Made by a program: the position numbers and the translations under genes. Below the pieces are notes generated by a model, which was given only the letters and a program-made list of their open reading frames with translations, searched no databases and had not been told where the DNA came from. This document shows positions 35,937 through 38,304 of a stretch of 38,304 nucleotides of DNA, piece after piece (the stretch's first letter is position 1; each line of letters opens with the position of its first letter). The stretch is from the IMG/VR virus record IMGVR_UViG_2667527993_000018. One strand, written 5' to 3'. This DNA is from a virus (lineage: Duplodnaviria; Heunggongvirae; Uroviricota; Caudoviricetes).

Positions 35937-38027
35937 TCAGGCCAGCGGGTCATTTTCTTTTAATTTCGCTTCCAGCAACTGCAATCCCCGCTGGAAATTA
36001 CGCTCGTATTCTTCATCAGGCTCATCATCAACGGCAGGTTGCTGAACGGCCACCGTATTACCTAACGGGCGATAGATGTTTTCCAGCCACGGCTCCTGCG
36101 GCTTGTGCTCCAGCACGTTGACCACCTCATCCTCGGCATCGCGGATTTTTTCCTCTGCGCGTTTACGCATGCCTTTAAGGCGTTGCTGCTGTTTGTAGTA
36201 TTCCGCGCTGACCGGGAAGGCTTCGCGTTTATTGCCGTCCCATACCGCCTCGCAAATCACGCTGCCATCCAGGCGACGCACGGTAATTCGTTCGGCATCA
36301 TGAATGTCATAGCTGATAAGCACCTTACGACCATGCTCGTCACGCAGCTCGGGCGCGTAGTAAATATTATTCAGCCAGCGTATTTCACAGCGTCTTACAG
36401 GGCGTTCCACCATCGGCCGGAACATATCCCGCAGCTCAACATCGGACAGCCATTCAATTTCCGTGTCCTCTTCCGCCAGGCGTTTTTTTCTGAACTCCGC
36501 CGGGCTGTAATGTTTACCGTTCGGCTTCATCGGTAATTCATCGTGCGGCCGGTTGTTGTACCACTCAACACCGTCACGAATGGCATCAATCAGTTCAGCC
36601 CAGGACGGTAAATCACGCATCGCTGACTGTTGCCGGGCGTTCAGCCGTTTGCCCTGTTGCAGGGCGGTAAATGCCGAGCGTAAATCGCGGTTGGTTTTGC
36701 GTAACGTCTCGCGATCTGCACCTTTCCCGAAATAGGTGCGGTATTTACGGGCTATGCGCATCGGTAATGTGCGGTTAAGCCGTTCGATAATGCCTCGCCC
36801 CTGCGGATTACCGGCAATCCCGGTCGGGTGATTAATCCCCAGTCGCGGCAGTATCCCCACAACCTCCTTATCCAGGACGTCGGCGGTTTCCCCGGAGCCG
36901 TTATCCGAGTAATACAGAAACGGTTTGCCGTGATGGCGAATGCCGTGCTGTATGGCACCGGCTACGGCGAAAACATTTTCAGCCAGGTCAAGGCTCCAGC
37001 CCACCACAAAGCGCGTGCCACCGTCGATAACAAAGGTCACTTCCGGTGCAAATGGCCGACCGTGAACCGGGTGTGCGCATTTCAGCTTCATGCCGTGACC
37101 GTCACCAATCCAGACATAATTCACCGGCATTCTGGACCAGTCGCGGCGCGTGAATCCCTCAAGCTGGCGGTATTCACTGCCGGTCACCCGGCCTTTTTGT
37201 TTCACCACTTCCGGCAGTTTCTTCATTGCGCGGCGAATGGTGTCATAAGACGGCATGATATCGAGCATATAAGGCTCATCAGCGTGCCGGTGCTGCCATT
37301 CAGCGACAAAATCCTCGTAAGCCTCGGTCATTGGTCGGCCGTTTGACTGGCGATACTGCGCCAGAAATTCGGGCAGCCAGTTAATATCTTCGGCTTTTAT
37401 TTCCTGGCGCTTACCCGGTGCCAGTAAAAGCAGGCGTTCAGCGGCGTTCTGCGCCTTGTTAAAGGCCGCAATCCAGCGTTTCAGCGTTATTTCACTCAAC
37501 GCACGGCTGTTTCCCTTTTTGGCGTTCGCCGTCTCAACCATTGCCACAATGCGCTCGTCCAGTTGCGAACGTGCCAGGTTGTCAACGATAAACCGGATAG
37601 CTTTCGCACAGCTGAAACCGGGTTGTTGCGCGACTTTCATCACTTCGCTGACGATCGCGATTCGTGCATCAGCCACCTGGCGCTGGTTTTCAGTCAGGGC
37701 ATTAAGGCGTTCAACCATCAGTTGTGGTGATCCGCGATATGCCTCCACCGCATCAACCACGGCAGGCGAGCGTCTGGCCTTTGTCACCACCGGAGCCGGT
37801 GATTCATCAGCTTTTTGCGTCATCAGTTGAAGGGCATAACGTTCACGCAATACTTGTTGCGCGCCAGAAGGCAAACAATCGATATTAAATTCGATTGCTT
37901 TTGTCCCCTTACGTTTGCGTAACATGGCTGCATTTCCCGCAGCTGCTTTTGTGAGTCGATGGCGAATGTTATGTTCCATCATTGGTAAATCAGGAAGACC
38001 AACACATTCTTTTGCTGTTACCCACAT
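35937..38027 (-). CDS. A: DDE transposase A (MuA-like)
   Basis: ~696-aa ORF; N-terminus MWVTAKECVGLPDLP parallels MuA (MELWVSPKECANLPGLP); central region has a DDE-type core; the ATG at 38027 avoids overlap with ner (the ORF track starts at 38048). Confidence 0.9.
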   Translation of the reverse strand: MWVTAKECVGLPDLPMMEHNIRHRLTKAAAGNAAMLRKRKGTKAIEFNIDCLPSGAQQVLRERYALQLMTQKADESPAPVVTKARRSPAVVDAVEAYRGSPQLMVERLNALTENQRQVADARIAIVSEVMKVAQQPGFSCAKAIRFIVDNLARSQLDERIVAMVETANAKKGNSRALSEITLKRWIAAFNKAQNAAERLLLLAPGKRQEIKAEDINWLPEFLAQYRQSNGRPMTEAYEDFVAEWQHRHADEPYMLDIMPSYDTIRRAMKKLPEVVKQKGRVTGSEYRQLEGFTRRDWSRMPVNYVWIGDGHGMKLKCAHPVHGRPFAPEVTFVIDGGTRFVVGWSLDLAENVFAVAGAIQHGIRHHGKPFLYYSDNGSGETADVLDKEVVGILPRLGINHPTGIAGNPQGRGIIERLNRTLPMRIARKYRTYFGKGADRETLRKTNRDLRSAFTALQQGKRLNARQQSAMRDLPSWAELIDAIRDGVEWYNNRPHDELPMKPNGKHYSPAEFRKKRLAEEDTEIEWLSDVELRDMFRPMVERPVRRCEIRWLNNIYYAPELRDEHGRKVLISYDIHDAERITVRRLDGSVICEAVWDGNKREAFPVSAEYYKQQQRLKGMRKRAEEKIRDAEDEVVNVLEHKPQEPWLENIYRPLGNTVAVQQPAVDDEPDEEYERNFQRGLQLLEAKLKENDPLA

Positions 38028-38037
38028 ACATCCCCCA

Positions 38038-38304
38038 TCAAGCCACATCTCTGGCGTCCACCTGGTATCTGCTGGGCCAGATTACAGCAGGTTCAACCCC
38101 TATTTTTTCGGCGATGGCGGCTTCGTATTTACGGCACTGGCGGTAAAACACATTGCGCATTGATCCGCTTTTTAATCCTAACTCCCTTTCCAGTTCAGGG
38201 AGGTCTGTGCCTTTGTTTTCAAGGGCTGCATATACCGCTTTAGCAGACCAGTCACACCCCTCTCGAACAAACAAATTATTCGATGCTTGTCTGGATACCC
38301 TCAT
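38038..38304 (-). CDS. ner: Ner-like DNA-binding transcriptional regulator
   Basis: C-terminal ...EPAVIWPSRYQ matches the Ner/Nlp family signature; the ATG coincides with the window edge, so the true start may lie outside the window. Confidence 0.75.
   Translation of the reverse strand: MRVSRQASNNLFVREGCDWSAKAVYAALENKGTDLPELERELGLKSGSMRNVFYRQCRKYEAAIAEKIGVEPAVIWPSRYQVDARDVA

Larger units (their letters stand above)
545..38304 (-). mobile_element. Mu-like transposable prophage (partial; left end with repressor lies beyond the window end)
   Basis: Conserved Mu gene order: ner-A-B-early region-gam-gemA-mor/C-lys-terminase-portal-F-G-I-T-sheath-tube-tape measure-baseplate-S-invertible segment-gin-com-mom. 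Right boundary placed by end of mom (689) and onset of GH65-like host coding (~560); exact end not determined. Confidence 0.85.

Noticed and set aside
36105-37346. Plus-strand ORFs of 143 and 172 aa
   Set aside because: Antisense to the transposase A gene.
1-38304. CRISPR arrays, tRNA or rRNA genes
   Set aside because: No regularly spaced direct repeats with unique spacers and no tRNA-like or rRNA-like sequence noticed on manual scan.

Overview
Almost the whole window is one Mu-like transposable prophage, lying in reverse orientation (phage left end at high coordinates, nearly all genes on the minus strand). Reading from the window end downward: ner, transposase A, ATPase B, a semi-essential early region with Gam and many small unknown ORFs, GemA, one Mor/C-family activator, a lysis cassette, terminase, portal, head genes (F, G, I, T), tail sheath, tube, tape measure and baseplate genes, tail fibre S, a Gin-type invertible segment, gin, then com-mom at the right end. 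Coordinates 1 to about 560 look like the 3' part of a host GH65-family gene interrupted by the prophage; the exact junction is not resolved. The most interesting content is (i) a roughly 3.2 kb accessory insertion between gin and com-mom that encodes a 685-aa SASA/SGNH-type esterase with a lectin-like C-terminal domain plus three small proteins; (ii) an invertible tail-fibre segment with recognisable gix crossover sites that is asymmetric, with only one orientation supplying a tail-fibre assembly chaperone; and (iii) an AT-rich four-gene cassette of small membrane and unknown proteins in the early region. All assignments come from reading the translated ORFs and sequence motifs by eye and from recalled family features; no database search was run, and GC statements are by-eye estimates.
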